Part shown: piece after piece, positions 1 through 8,806 of the stretch
Position numbering within the stretch: the stretch's first letter is position 1
Layout: every line of letters begins with the position of its first letter
Assembly: GCA_964493715.1 (NCBI GenBank)
Contig: CAZBPC010000004.1
Location: forward strand, 32,001 to 96,000
DNA from: an uncultured archaeon
GTDB lineage: Archaea > Asgardarchaeota > Lokiarchaeia > Sigyniarchaeales > SOKP01
DNA: 64,000 nt
Direction: 5' to 3'
Notes under the pieces: generated by a model
Told to the model about the DNA's origin: nothing
Databases searched by the model: none
The model's input: the letters and a program-made list of their open reading frames with translations, nothing else
Position numbers and translations under genes: made by a program

Positions 1-385
1 CTGGATTCTTTTCTTTTAACGTGAGGGGATCTCCACCGTATTGTATCTTTCTTCCTTTATAATAGAGATCTGATTTCCCTTCGCAAATCTGGTTCCATTT
101 AACAAGGCTTAATTTCTTGATCATCAATAAATTATATACTTTTGAATTGTGCGGTGTGAATATCTCAAAATTAACGATTGGCTGAAGTTTTTCACAGGGA
201 AACTCGTCACATTCATAACAGAAATTATAACCCTTTTGAGAAATACACTCATACGTCTTACAAACGGGAAATTTTGAAATCTGACCTTTATTTTGTCTAC
301 ATCCCTGACAATTAAAAGCTTTTACTCCAGGACATCTTTTGCAATAGATTCCACATGGAGCATGATCGTTTAAATAAATACTCAT
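1..385 (-). CDS. Cys-rich DUF3795-like protein, runs off the window start (not in the ORF track)
   Basis: Hand translation: MSIYLNDHAPCGIYCKRCPGVKAFNCQGCRQNKGQ...CKTYECISQKGYNFCYECDEFPCEKL... The APCG-xxC-xxC...CxGC...CYECDEFPC pattern is typical of DUF3795. Alternative in-frame ATG at 406. Confidence 0.75.
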   Translation of the reverse strand, partial: MSIYLNDHAPCGIYCKRCPGVKAFNCQGCRQNKGQISKFPVCKTYECISQKGYNFCYECDEFPCEKLQPIVNFEIFTPHNSKVYNLLMIKKLSLVKWNQICEGKSDLYYKGRKIQYGGDPLTLKEKNP

Positions 386-461
386 AAAGCAATACCAATT
401 ACTCATTTTTTTTACATATGTATTGTTAATTAGTAATTTTGCATAAATTTTAATTTAATTA

Positions 462-1436
462 TTATACAAAAAGTTTAGCAGCATTATCATGAAGCCATTT
501 TCTTTTTACTTCTTCCTTTAATGGCAATTTCATTATACCATCAGCTAATTGAGCAATAGACATCCCCATAAATAACCATGTAGATCCAAATAAAATTTTA
601 TCCTGCAAAATAGAATTTCCAAAATGAATGAGCGGTTCCCAACCCGTTCCTTTCATTCCCAAATATTTAGGGAGGTGAGATGCGATATCTATGTAAATAT
701 TGGAATTCCGTAAGGCAACTGCAACCATTTCATTAACCCAAGGCCAACCACCGTGACCTGCAATCATTTTTAATTCAGGAAAATCTTGAGCAACTAAGTC
801 TAGGTAAATAGGTTTTTCATATTCCATAGAATTTGTTGAATAATTAATTGAAAGATGAAACCATATTGGGATATCAAGTTCAACACAAGTTGAATAAATT
901 GGATACATCTTTGCATGAGTTGGGGGAATTTTAAACATGAATGGGCGTATCGCAACTCCTCGCATCCCTAATTTGTAAGATCTTCTGATTTCTCTTATAG
1001 CTTTCATTCCCTTTAAGGGATCAATTCCCGCAATTCCTATGAATTTATCGGGGTATTTGTTTACAATTTCAGCATAATAATCATTTGGAAGACCAGAAAT
1101 ACCGCTTGGAGTTTCTTCATCAAGATTAAAAATTACAGCCTTTTCTACTCCCATTTTATCGAGTTTCTGAACAAAATTTTCAACTGAAGACGTTAGTTTC
1201 CTTATGTTAGGTAGATATGGTTTAATAGCTTCTTTTAATTCTGGTGTACTTAGTGTCGCTTTCATATTATAGAGTTCTTCTGCAGTTATACCTAACAATG
1301 GAGCAATTCTCGGACCAAAAATGTCTTTCAGATATCGAGACATTTGAGGAGGTAATGAGATCAATAGATCAATATAAACTTCTTCGGTTGGCACGTAACA
1401 CAACGAATCAATTATCTTATAGTCCATTATTATCAT
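462..1436 (-). CDS. Amidohydrolase family (amidohydro_2/LigW-like) metallo-hydrolase
   Basis: KYPDKFIGIAGIDP, LDIPIWFH, FPELKMIAGHGGWPW, NIYIDIAS and KILFGS motifs. Confidence 0.85.
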   Translation of the reverse strand: MIIMDYKIIDSLCYVPTEEVYIDLLISLPPQMSRYLKDIFGPRIAPLLGITAEELYNMKATLSTPELKEAIKPYLPNIRKLTSSVENFVQKLDKMGVEKAVIFNLDEETPSGISGLPNDYYAEIVNKYPDKFIGIAGIDPLKGMKAIREIRRSYKLGMRGVAIRPFMFKIPPTHAKMYPIYSTCVELDIPIWFHLSINYSTNSMEYEKPIYLDLVAQDFPELKMIAGHGGWPWVNEMVAVALRNSNIYIDIASHLPKYLGMKGTGWEPLIHFGNSILQDKILFGSTWLFMGMSIAQLADGIMKLPLKEEVKRKWLHDNAAKLFV

Positions 1437-1598
1437 TTTCCTTGAAATATATCTTAATTAAATTCATACTTCTATATATCTCTTCTATTTGTACGTTAAT
1501 GACAAAAATTAGAAATTTTTCAATGCGTGTTCTTTTTAATTGATTGGGAGATTATCCTTCTGGGTTATATATTTGAATTGAAGAGAAGGTTATGTATC

Positions 1599-1874
1599 AT
1601 GTGTGGTAGAACCGTTCCAAGTTTTCGTCCTGCGCTAGAACATGAAATAGAAAGTTGGAAAGATTTCAAGAGAGCGCTTCGTCCTGATGAGCAGAAGATC
1701 TTTGATAGGTTGATGAATTATGCTCGTATTCATGCTGATGCGGGTAGTATGGGAGCTCGCGTTATGCTATCTGAAATATTATTTATCTCTTTTGCAGTCG
1801 AACAAGAAAAAAAAATTGAAAAGTTGGAAACAAGAATAGAAGAATTCGAGAAAAAACTGAATGAGCAAGACTGA
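1599..1874 (+). CDS. Small PolB2-associated protein (arCOG07300-like)
   Basis: Starts (M)CGRTVPSFR...W..FKRALR..EQKIFDRL, the signature of the small gene upstream of archaeal polB2; ends 3 nt before polB2. Start moved to the ATG at 1599. Confidence 0.75.
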   Translation: MCGRTVPSFRPALEHEIESWKDFKRALRPDEQKIFDRLMNYARIHADAGSMGARVMLSEILFISFAVEQEKKIEKLETRIEEFEKKLNEQD

Positions 1875-1877
1875 AAA

Positions 1878-4283
1878 GTGGGAGTGATAGAAAATTTTGA
1901 TGGTTGGTTGCTGGATGTTTCAACGCATGCTAATGGCGTGATTTTTTGGGTTAAAACAATAATCGAGGAAAAAACAGTCAAGATTTATTCTGAATTTTAT
2001 CCTGAATTTTTTGCAGTTCCCAAAAAAAGTGTTGGTTATGATTTAAATCAATTAACTAGCATCTTGATGCAAAATCCTAATATAAAAAAAGTAAGGACTT
2101 GCGAGAAATATGTTAAACTAGAGGATCATGAGAAAACAAATGTTTTGGGAGTCTCTGTTGAAAGACCATCAGTATTTAAAGCAACGATAGGAGAAGTTGA
2201 TAAATTAGATATATTTACGCTTTACAACACTGATCTTCCCATTTCTCAGATGTACTACTACGAAAATGATTTATTTCCAATGTCACGTTGCCAATTTAAA
2301 GTGAAATTTAAAAAGGAAGAAGGAAAGCAAAAGATGCATCTCGTTTCTTTTAAGCTTAATGATGATAATGAAAAACTTTTTTACGAATTGCCTCCCCTTA
2401 AAGCAATATGGTTAGATGTAAAGGTGCAACAGCGAGGGTTGAGATCTTATTATAATGATCCTCTTGCCTATGCAGAAATCAGTATTGTGGAAAACGACGA
2501 GGAAAACGTTCCACGTGCTGATGGGTATAAGAAGGAGACATTTCGAATCGATCACGCTGATGAGGCTGAAACGTTGATTGCAATCAGTCAGATGGTTGAA
2601 CAACTTGATCCAGACATTATTCTCACCCAAAAAGGAGATGAATTCATATTTCCCTATTTAGCTGAACGAGCTTCAGCAAATGGAGTATCAAAACAAGTAT
2701 ACTTTTCTCGAAATAAAACACCCTTAAAGAATTGCATTTTCAACCTTTCTGGAGGTTCAGATCATTACATGTCATATGGAGTCATACGGCATCGTTCCAA
2801 AAACCAAGTCTATTTCACGGGAAGATTTCATCTCGATACCACTTCATATGCAAGTCTTCACTTCACTGAAGGCAATATTCCCGGAGTCATTGAAGTAGCC
2901 CGAATTTCGAGAGTTCCATTACAAAGACTGAGTAGAATAACCATAGGTGGCGCTTTACAATCAATTCAATTCTATTATGCATACAAGCTTGACCATTTAA
3001 TTCCACCCTTCAAAAAAAGCCCTGAAGAGTTTAGATCCGGAATTGATTTAATTCAAGGTGATCGTGGAGGACACATCTTCGAACCACTAATTGGTGTCTT
3101 CGATCAAGTAGTTGAATTAGATTTTTCCTCAATGTATCCTTCTATAATGGCAAATTTTAACGTTTCATCGGAAACTATCAACTGTAAGTGTTGCAAGGAT
3201 GATGGTACGGGAATTAAAGTCCCTGGTCTCGATTTTCACATTTGCTCTAAGCGACAAGGAATCATTTCTAAAGCAATCAGCTTGCCATTAACAAAAAGAT
3301 TGAAATGTAAGGAACATGTTCGAAAAACAAATAGTCTTCGATATCAATTTGTGGACACTGCATTAAAATGGGTTCTTGTAGTAAGTTTTGGCTATTTAGG
3401 GTTTAGGAATGCTAGATTTGGTAAGATTGAAGCTCATCAAACGGTTTGTGCCTTTTCTCGAGATTTTCTAATGCATGCTGCTGAAATTGCAGAAGAAAAC
3501 GGATGTAAAATCATTCACGGAATCGTGGATTCAATGTGGCTCCAAGATGCTAAGGGTAGATCTCCCGAAGATTTCGAGGAAGTAACAAAAAAGATTGCAG
3601 ACGACATCACTGCTCAAACCAGCATTCATATGAGTTGGGATGGCAAATTTGATGTAATACTATTCCTTCCTTCTCGAGCAGAACCAGATGTTCCAGCATT
3701 AAGCCATTATTGGGGAATAAAAAGTGATGGAGAAATTAAAGTCCGAGGGATCGAAGTTAGAAGACGAGACATTCCTAATATCATAAAAGATGCTCAATAC
3801 GCCTTTATTGACACTTTCAAAGGGGTAAAAACTGTTGAAGAGTTTAAAAATCGAATACCAGAAGTAAAAAAAGTACTACTCCATTATGTTAATAAGATTG
3901 AAACTGGAAATATATCCAAAGAAGAGTTAACAATCAAGCAACGAATCTCACGAAAACCAAGCAAATATAAAGTGAACTCTTACCAAGCAGTTGCGGCTAG
4001 ACAGCTGGAACGATCAGGAATTATGGCGACCCCCGGTAAGAACGTTTTTTATATAATATTGAATGCAGATGCAGATCCACGTTTTCCCGAGCAAAAAATC
4101 ATTCTTTCCGATTTGTATGAAGAGAAACGACATCACTATGATAAGAAGAAATATGTAGAGCTACTCAGACGAGCATTCGAAAACTTGTTTCCATTTAAAA
4201 TTCCTGAACTTGAAGAGTCCTTGAAATCAAATCTAAATCGGAACTCAACTCAAAAAGATTTAGTCTGTTACCTTGGGGAATAA
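1878..4283 (+). CDS. polB2: Family B DNA polymerase, PolB2 clade (damage-inducible, proofreading-deficient type)
   Basis: Motif A DFSSMYPS, motif B LKWVLVVSFGYLG, motif C HGIVDS in place of YGDTDS, degenerate exonuclease motifs; upstream partner gene present. Confidence 0.85.
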   Translation: MGVIENFDGWLLDVSTHANGVIFWVKTIIEEKTVKIYSEFYPEFFAVPKKSVGYDLNQLTSILMQNPNIKKVRTCEKYVKLEDHEKTNVLGVSVERPSVFKATIGEVDKLDIFTLYNTDLPISQMYYYENDLFPMSRCQFKVKFKKEEGKQKMHLVSFKLNDDNEKLFYELPPLKAIWLDVKVQQRGLRSYYNDPLAYAEISIVENDEENVPRADGYKKETFRIDHADEAETLIAISQMVEQLDPDIILTQKGDEFIFPYLAERASANGVSKQVYFSRNKTPLKNCIFNLSGGSDHYMSYGVIRHRSKNQVYFTGRFHLDTTSYASLHFTEGNIPGVIEVARISRVPLQRLSRITIGGALQSIQFYYAYKLDHLIPPFKKSPEEFRSGIDLIQGDRGGHIFEPLIGVFDQVVELDFSSMYPSIMANFNVSSETINCKCCKDDGTGIKVPGLDFHICSKRQGIISKAISLPLTKRLKCKEHVRKTNSLRYQFVDTALKWVLVVSFGYLGFRNARFGKIEAHQTVCAFSRDFLMHAAEIAEENGCKIIHGIVDSMWLQDAKGRSPEDFEEVTKKIADDITAQTSIHMSWDGKFDVILFLPSRAEPDVPALSHYWGIKSDGEIKVRGIEVRRRDIPNIIKDAQYAFIDTFKGVKTVEEFKNRIPEVKKVLLHYVNKIETGNISKEELTIKQRISRKPSKYKVNSYQAVAARQLERSGIMATPGKNVFYIILNADADPRFPEQKIILSDLYEEKRHHYDKKKYVELLRRAFENLFPFKIPELEESLKSNLNRNSTQKDLVCYLGE

Positions 4284-4341
4284 AAAAATAAAAATTGGTT
4301 CCTATTTTATCTTAAATATATTATCAACTAAATTATAACGT

Positions 4342-4941
4342 GTGATTGAAGTGTTCCATGATATACCAGAATCCATAAAAAATCGAATGCAATATTTAGA
4401 AGAATTAGATCAGCAAGATAGACTTGATGGAACTCCTAGAATGGAAAGACTCCGTCAAATATCTCCTGAAATTGGAAAATTTATATCTATTTTAGCAGCA
4501 AGTGCGCCAGAAGGAGAACTCTTGGAAATTGGAACCAGCGCTGGTTATTCGGCATTATGGATATCACTAACCTGTCGACTTCTGGAAAGAAAATTGATTA
4601 CATTTGAAATATTACAAGAGAAAGTAAAACTGGCATCAGAAACCTTTGAATTAACTAATACAAATGATATAATCAAATTAATTGAAGGGGATGCTCGACA
4701 ATATATTCCTAATTTTAATAATATCTCTTTTTGCTTCCTAGATGCGGAGAAAGAAATATATGGGGAATGCTATGATCTACTAATTCCAAATATGATAAAA
4801 GGGGGTATCTTGGTGGCCGATAATGCTATTAACCATTATGAAACATTAAAACCAATGCTTGAAAGATGTCTTGCTGATGAACGAGTAGACGCCTTGATTG
4901 TACCTATTGGAAAAGGAGAATTAGTATGTAGAAAATTATAG
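4342..4941 (+). CDS. Class I SAM-dependent O-methyltransferase (YrrM/CCoAOMT-like)
   Basis: [31 protein letters not shown]. Confidence 0.85.
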   Translation: MIEVFHDIPESIKNRMQYLEELDQQDRLDGTPRMERLRQISPEIGKFISILAASAPEGELLEIGTSAGYSALWISLTCRLLERKLITFEILQEKVKLASETFELTNTNDIIKLIEGDARQYIPNFNNISFCFLDAEKEIYGECYDLLIPNMIKGGILVADNAINHYETLKPMLERCLADERVDALIVPIGKGELVCRKL

Positions 4942-5066
4942 TTAGCTAAATAAATTTGAAGGTTTTAAGATATTTGGCTAATAAGACTTATTTAAATATT
5001 TACACATTAGTAGTCCTTTATTAAATTAATAGAAATAAAAAAAAGAAAATGACGATTTAAGAAAAG

Positions 5067-5690
5067 TTACATAAAAGATTGTCTTAGTACCGTTTTCATA
5101 GTAGAAGGGTTGGCTTTTCTCGGGTCACTAAGATAAATTTCATGATGTTTCCTTCTATGACCATCAAATTTCCCTCCTTCTCTTTTAATGAAATCATGCA
5201 CCTTTTGAACCGTAGGACCTTCCTCTGAATACGGACCGATGTGCATTATTTGAGCCGCCCGACCTTCTCTATATCTCTCAAAGCGGAGTTTTGAAAGCAG
5301 TTCTGATAGTTCTGGATTTTTTTCATTTGTAATTTTTATCGCTTCATTTATCATTTCAGGATTAATCCAATCAGGTTGCATTATCATCATCGTCCACTTC
5401 CATTTATCTCGATTCCCTTCTGTAAAATCATTCATATCATCAGCCCACCATACTCCTTCTAGTGGAGGAACTACATAATCTTTTCCTTTTGCTTTACTAA
5501 GAAATTTAGTTTTAAATGCAATCGGATATAACACAGCAAGAGCATCTTGGTATTCTTTTGAATCTCCTGGGGAACCAATTCCATCTATCATTAAGAACTG
5601 CATTTCTGGAACTTCTACTAACACGACTTCTTTTGAACTTGGTTGGTAAAATTCCTTTAGGGTTTTTTTAAAATCTACTTTCACTGGCAT
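5067..5690 (-). CDS. GyrI-like small-molecule-binding domain protein
   Basis: DYVVPPLEGVWW, WKWTMMIMQPDW, MHIGPYSEE, HHEIYLSDPR. Confidence 0.85.
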   Translation of the reverse strand: MPVKVDFKKTLKEFYQPSSKEVVLVEVPEMQFLMIDGIGSPGDSKEYQDALAVLYPIAFKTKFLSKAKGKDYVVPPLEGVWWADDMNDFTEGNRDKWKWTMMIMQPDWINPEMINEAIKITNEKNPELSELLSKLRFERYREGRAAQIMHIGPYSEEGPTVQKVHDFIKREGGKFDGHRRKHHEIYLSDPRKANPSTMKTVLRQSFM

Positions 5691-5705
5691 TTTTCATCAT
5701 TTAGG

Positions 5706-5837
5706 TTAATCTCTTGGTTGAAAACTTTTTGTAGGACAATTTTCAGCGTCTAAAGTTGCGGGAACTTCATGTCCGAAACAATCTCCCTTTGCATCATCTA
5801 TTGGGTTATAAAACTTACAATCTTTACATTGAGCCAT
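5706..5837 (-). CDS. 43-aa Cys4 microprotein resembling benzylsuccinate synthase gamma subunit (BssC/TutF)
   Basis: Hand translation MAQCKDCKFYNPIDDAKGDCFGHEVPATLDAENCPTKSFQPRD; CxxC...KGDC...C..FQ pattern; ends 15 nt upstream of the GyrI-like gene. Confidence 0.65.
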   Translation of the reverse strand: MAQCKDCKFYNPIDDAKGDCFGHEVPATLDAENCPTKSFQPRD

Positions 5838-5976
5838 TACTTTTTCACACTAACCATAATTTTTTATAAGGTTGAGTTATATAATTATTTGTGAGTTTAA
5901 ATAAATAATGTTTGAATAAAATACATCAATAATACTTCACAAATAAATAGAATGTAAAAAAGAGTTTTAAATAAAA

Positions 5977-6975
5977 ATGTATGATTTAGGATTCCTTCAA
6001 GAATTTGGGTTTTCTGACATTCAAATCAGAATCTATGAATACCTTCTAAAAAACCGATTTGGAGCTATCGAAAGCATAAAACGAGAATTAAACTATTCAT
6101 ATACTCAAGTTAGAGATAATCTAAATTATTTAGAAAAAGAAAAACTCATCGCATCCTCAGAGGGAAAGCCAAAAAACTATTTCAGAGTCAATCCCAAAAT
6201 TGCATTGACAGAAAAATTAAAAAGAAAAGCAAATAAGATATCAGAAAAAATTGAAAAATTAGAAGAAGAGATTACCATTGAAGAAAGCAAAGTAGGAATT
6301 TGTGAAAGAAATATTACTTTTTATCACCATTCTGATATAACTATTGGTTTAGATTATATTTACGAAATAATTGATAAAGCAGAAGAACAAATTATCTTGT
6401 CATCCTTACCCCCTACGCTTTTAAAAAAATTAGAGCGAGCATTATATAGGGCTTTTTTGAAAGGAATTAGGATTATTATATATTTCTCAAAACTGGATTT
6501 CGATTTGATTGATAATTATTTTAGTTATATTACTGATCTCCTAAAAAACATTAAAGCTGAAATAATTGAGACCAGTGAAAAAACTTGTCGTTTTATCAGG
6601 TTTAATGATTTGATAGTAAATGAAGGAATAATTTTGATTGATAAATATTTTAATTCTGTTTTGTTTGTCGAAGATGATTACTTTCATTTTAACGGATTTT
6701 ATATGCCAAATATGGCTGAAAGCGTAGCTAATATGCTTAAAGCTAAAACTGTAATTAAATCAGTCGAAATAAACCCGAGTCCAATTCAAAACGTGTTGAA
6801 TTTAATTAGAAATAAATCCGAGATTAAAACTCGGGAATTGGGGATTCAATCAAAATTAACCGGTTCCAAACTTAGAGAAATTCTTGAATATTTAATCAAA
6901 GAGAAAATGATTGTGGAAGAGATAATTCAAGGAGAAATAGGAAGACCGAAAAGAGTATACTCCATAATTGAATAA
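5977..6975 (+). CDS. TrmB-family transcriptional regulator with an extra C-terminal wHTH
   Basis: N-terminal TrmB HTH (LQEFGFSD..IRIYEYLL...GKPKNYFRVNP), effector domain (IDKAEEQIILS), C-terminal wHTH ending GRPKRVY. Confidence 0.8.
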   Translation: MYDLGFLQEFGFSDIQIRIYEYLLKNRFGAIESIKRELNYSYTQVRDNLNYLEKEKLIASSEGKPKNYFRVNPKIALTEKLKRKANKISEKIEKLEEEITIEESKVGICERNITFYHHSDITIGLDYIYEIIDKAEEQIILSSLPPTLLKKLERALYRAFLKGIRIIIYFSKLDFDLIDNYFSYITDLLKNIKAEIIETSEKTCRFIRFNDLIVNEGIILIDKYFNSVLFVEDDYFHFNGFYMPNMAESVANMLKAKTVIKSVEINPSPIQNVLNLIRNKSEIKTRELGIQSKLTGSKLREILEYLIKEKMIVEEIIQGEIGRPKRVYSIIE

Positions 6976-6989
6976 TAAAAGAAAAAAAA

Positions 6990-7538
6990 TTAAGGAATTA
7001 TAATAATTCCAAAGAAATCCAAAATGATAAAACTTAAAGCTATTAACTCTAAGATCATCCATATACTTCGCTTTAAACTTCTAAAACTTTTAAACCCTTT
7101 ACCTGAATAATTTATAATGTTATATATCACTATAATTATCCAAGCTGTCAACAAGAACACGATTGGTAGCAATAGTGTTAGCAAATTATATCCCGTAAAA
7201 TCTAATAAGTATTTGTAGCCAAGAAATGTAAATGCGATTATTACGAAAGTAAATCCGAGCCCAAAAGAATATTCAGCAAACGTGACAAATTGATTAACCT
7301 TCTTTCTATCCACATTCTTTAACCTTGATTCAAATTTAGCCTTAGAATTAGTAGATACTGAGTTTACAAAGAAAATAAATGCTAGCATTAAGAGAAACGT
7401 CACGGTTACAATTCCATTACTTGGAACATTTTGCCAAATTAACGCGAGTATGGTTAATACTGCGCCTATCATTACAGTACTCAGAGTGATCCAATCTCTG
7501 ACATTGAGTTTTTCTTCTTTGGTTTCCATTTTTATCAT
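6990..7538 (-). CDS. Hypothetical membrane protein (about 5 TM helices)
   Basis: Hydrophobic segments; no recognised motif. Confidence 0.7.
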   Translation of the reverse strand: MIKMETKEEKLNVRDWITLSTVMIGAVLTILALIWQNVPSNGIVTVTFLLMLAFIFFVNSVSTNSKAKFESRLKNVDRKKVNQFVTFAEYSFGLGFTFVIIAFTFLGYKYLLDFTGYNLLTLLLPIVFLLTAWIIIVIYNIINYSGKGFKSFRSLKRSIWMILELIALSFIILDFFGIIIIP

Positions 7539-7738
7539 TATCTATAAGTTTGTTATAATATAATTCGCTTTATTATTTTAAAAATCTTAAATAGTTTTGA
7601 TTTTAAATTGAAAAGGTTTAATTTCATAATGTTAATTTATAAAATATGTTCAAAAAACTGTTCATAAATAATTTCAAAAAACATTACAATACATTTATAA
7701 GTAAGTATTTCATATATTTTATTTAGAGGTGTTCATCT

Positions 7739-8410
7739 TTGGAAATTATGAATGAAAATGATAGAAAGAAATTGATCTTAGAATCTCGTAAATTTGGTGG
7801 TATAGGTCTTAGGCGTCAAACCTTAAGAATTCATAAAAATGGTGCTAAATTTCCTATTAGTAAAGCATATGTTGATGATGAGTTATTAGATCTTGATATT
7901 TCCTATACTTTAATTTTAATTCCCGAAGCTAAAATTGCAAATGAAAATATTGTTACATTAACAATTTTTAAGAGAAGGAGCGGTCCTAATTTGTTTTACT
8001 CCTTTCCAGAAGATACTCTTGGTAATAAGGAAGAAGAAAGTATCATTGCATTGATGTCTCAATCTTTTAAGGAAAAATTCTTTATCTATAAATCCAGTTT
8101 TGTATCCTCACTAAATTATTATTTTGAGATTCATTCGGATTGGGCTCGTGGAAACAAAGAAATGTTGATGATTAGTGTAATCTTAAATCAGACTATAAAT
8201 AAAGAAATTGAAGAAATAGTTCAATCATTTTGTTTAGAATTAGAATCTCAATTAAACTCTAATGAGGAAACCTTTAAAGCTCTTTATCTCAGTGAAATTA
8301 ATTCATTTTCAGATGAAGAGCAAGTTGAGATCAAGAAAGCTAATGATGACTTAAAGGTTAAAATAAAAAAATTCTATGACAAAATAGACTCTATTGAAAA
8401 GACCGTATGA
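7739..8410 (+). CDS. Hypothetical protein with a possible longin/uDENN-like C-terminal domain
   Basis: GAGGTG ribosome-binding site before TTG; F-x4-GP (FKRRSGP) and SDWARG..EMLMISVI motifs recall uDENN/folliculin-type domains. Confidence 0.6.
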   Translation: MEIMNENDRKKLILESRKFGGIGLRRQTLRIHKNGAKFPISKAYVDDELLDLDISYTLILIPEAKIANENIVTLTIFKRRSGPNLFYSFPEDTLGNKEEESIIALMSQSFKEKFFIYKSSFVSSLNYYFEIHSDWARGNKEMLMISVILNQTINKEIEEIVQSFCLELESQLNSNEETFKALYLSEINSFSDEEQVEIKKANDDLKVKIKKFYDKIDSIEKTV

Positions 8411-8546
8411 TAAATTAATCTTTAATTTTTTTTATTTCTTCTATTTGGATTATACTTAGGAGTTTTCTAGTATAAATTTAAAAGTAACTTATTAGAAAAT
8501 CTACAGTCTGTTGTTGTTTATTTTTACTTAATGTTAAATTAAAATT

Positions 8547-8711
8547 ATGTCATCAAAAGTAGCATCCTATTATGATTGGTCATTAGGTTTTAAAAGTAGT
8601 ACTGACAATGAAATTTCAAAAACCCCAACTTTAAGGAGTATCAATTCTTTAGGCCTCTCAGATGATGATTTTAAAAATTATATCAAGCAGTGGAAATCAA
8701 AAAATCTTTAG
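8547..8711 (+). CDS. Putative 54-aa small protein (not in the ORF track)
   Basis: Hand translation MSSKVASYYDWSLGFKSSTDNEISKTPTLRSINSLGLSDDDFKNYIKQWKSKNL; ATG start, fills an otherwise empty gap. Confidence 0.5.
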   Translation: MSSKVASYYDWSLGFKSSTDNEISKTPTLRSINSLGLSDDDFKNYIKQWKSKNL

Positions 8712-8806
8712 TTGTAATGTATTATAAAAACCTAATTCTTTTTCATCGTTTTCAAAGATAAATCTTGTTATCTCACATTTATATGAAAAAAATTTATAAT
8801 TCAAGT

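Noticed and set aside
1872-1880. The partner-gene TGA is in frame with polB2 (TGA AAA GTG), suggesting readthrough or Sec fusion
   Set aside because: Same-frame adjacency has a 1-in-3 chance, the two genes are normally separate, and there is no Cys-equivalent context or SECIS evidence.
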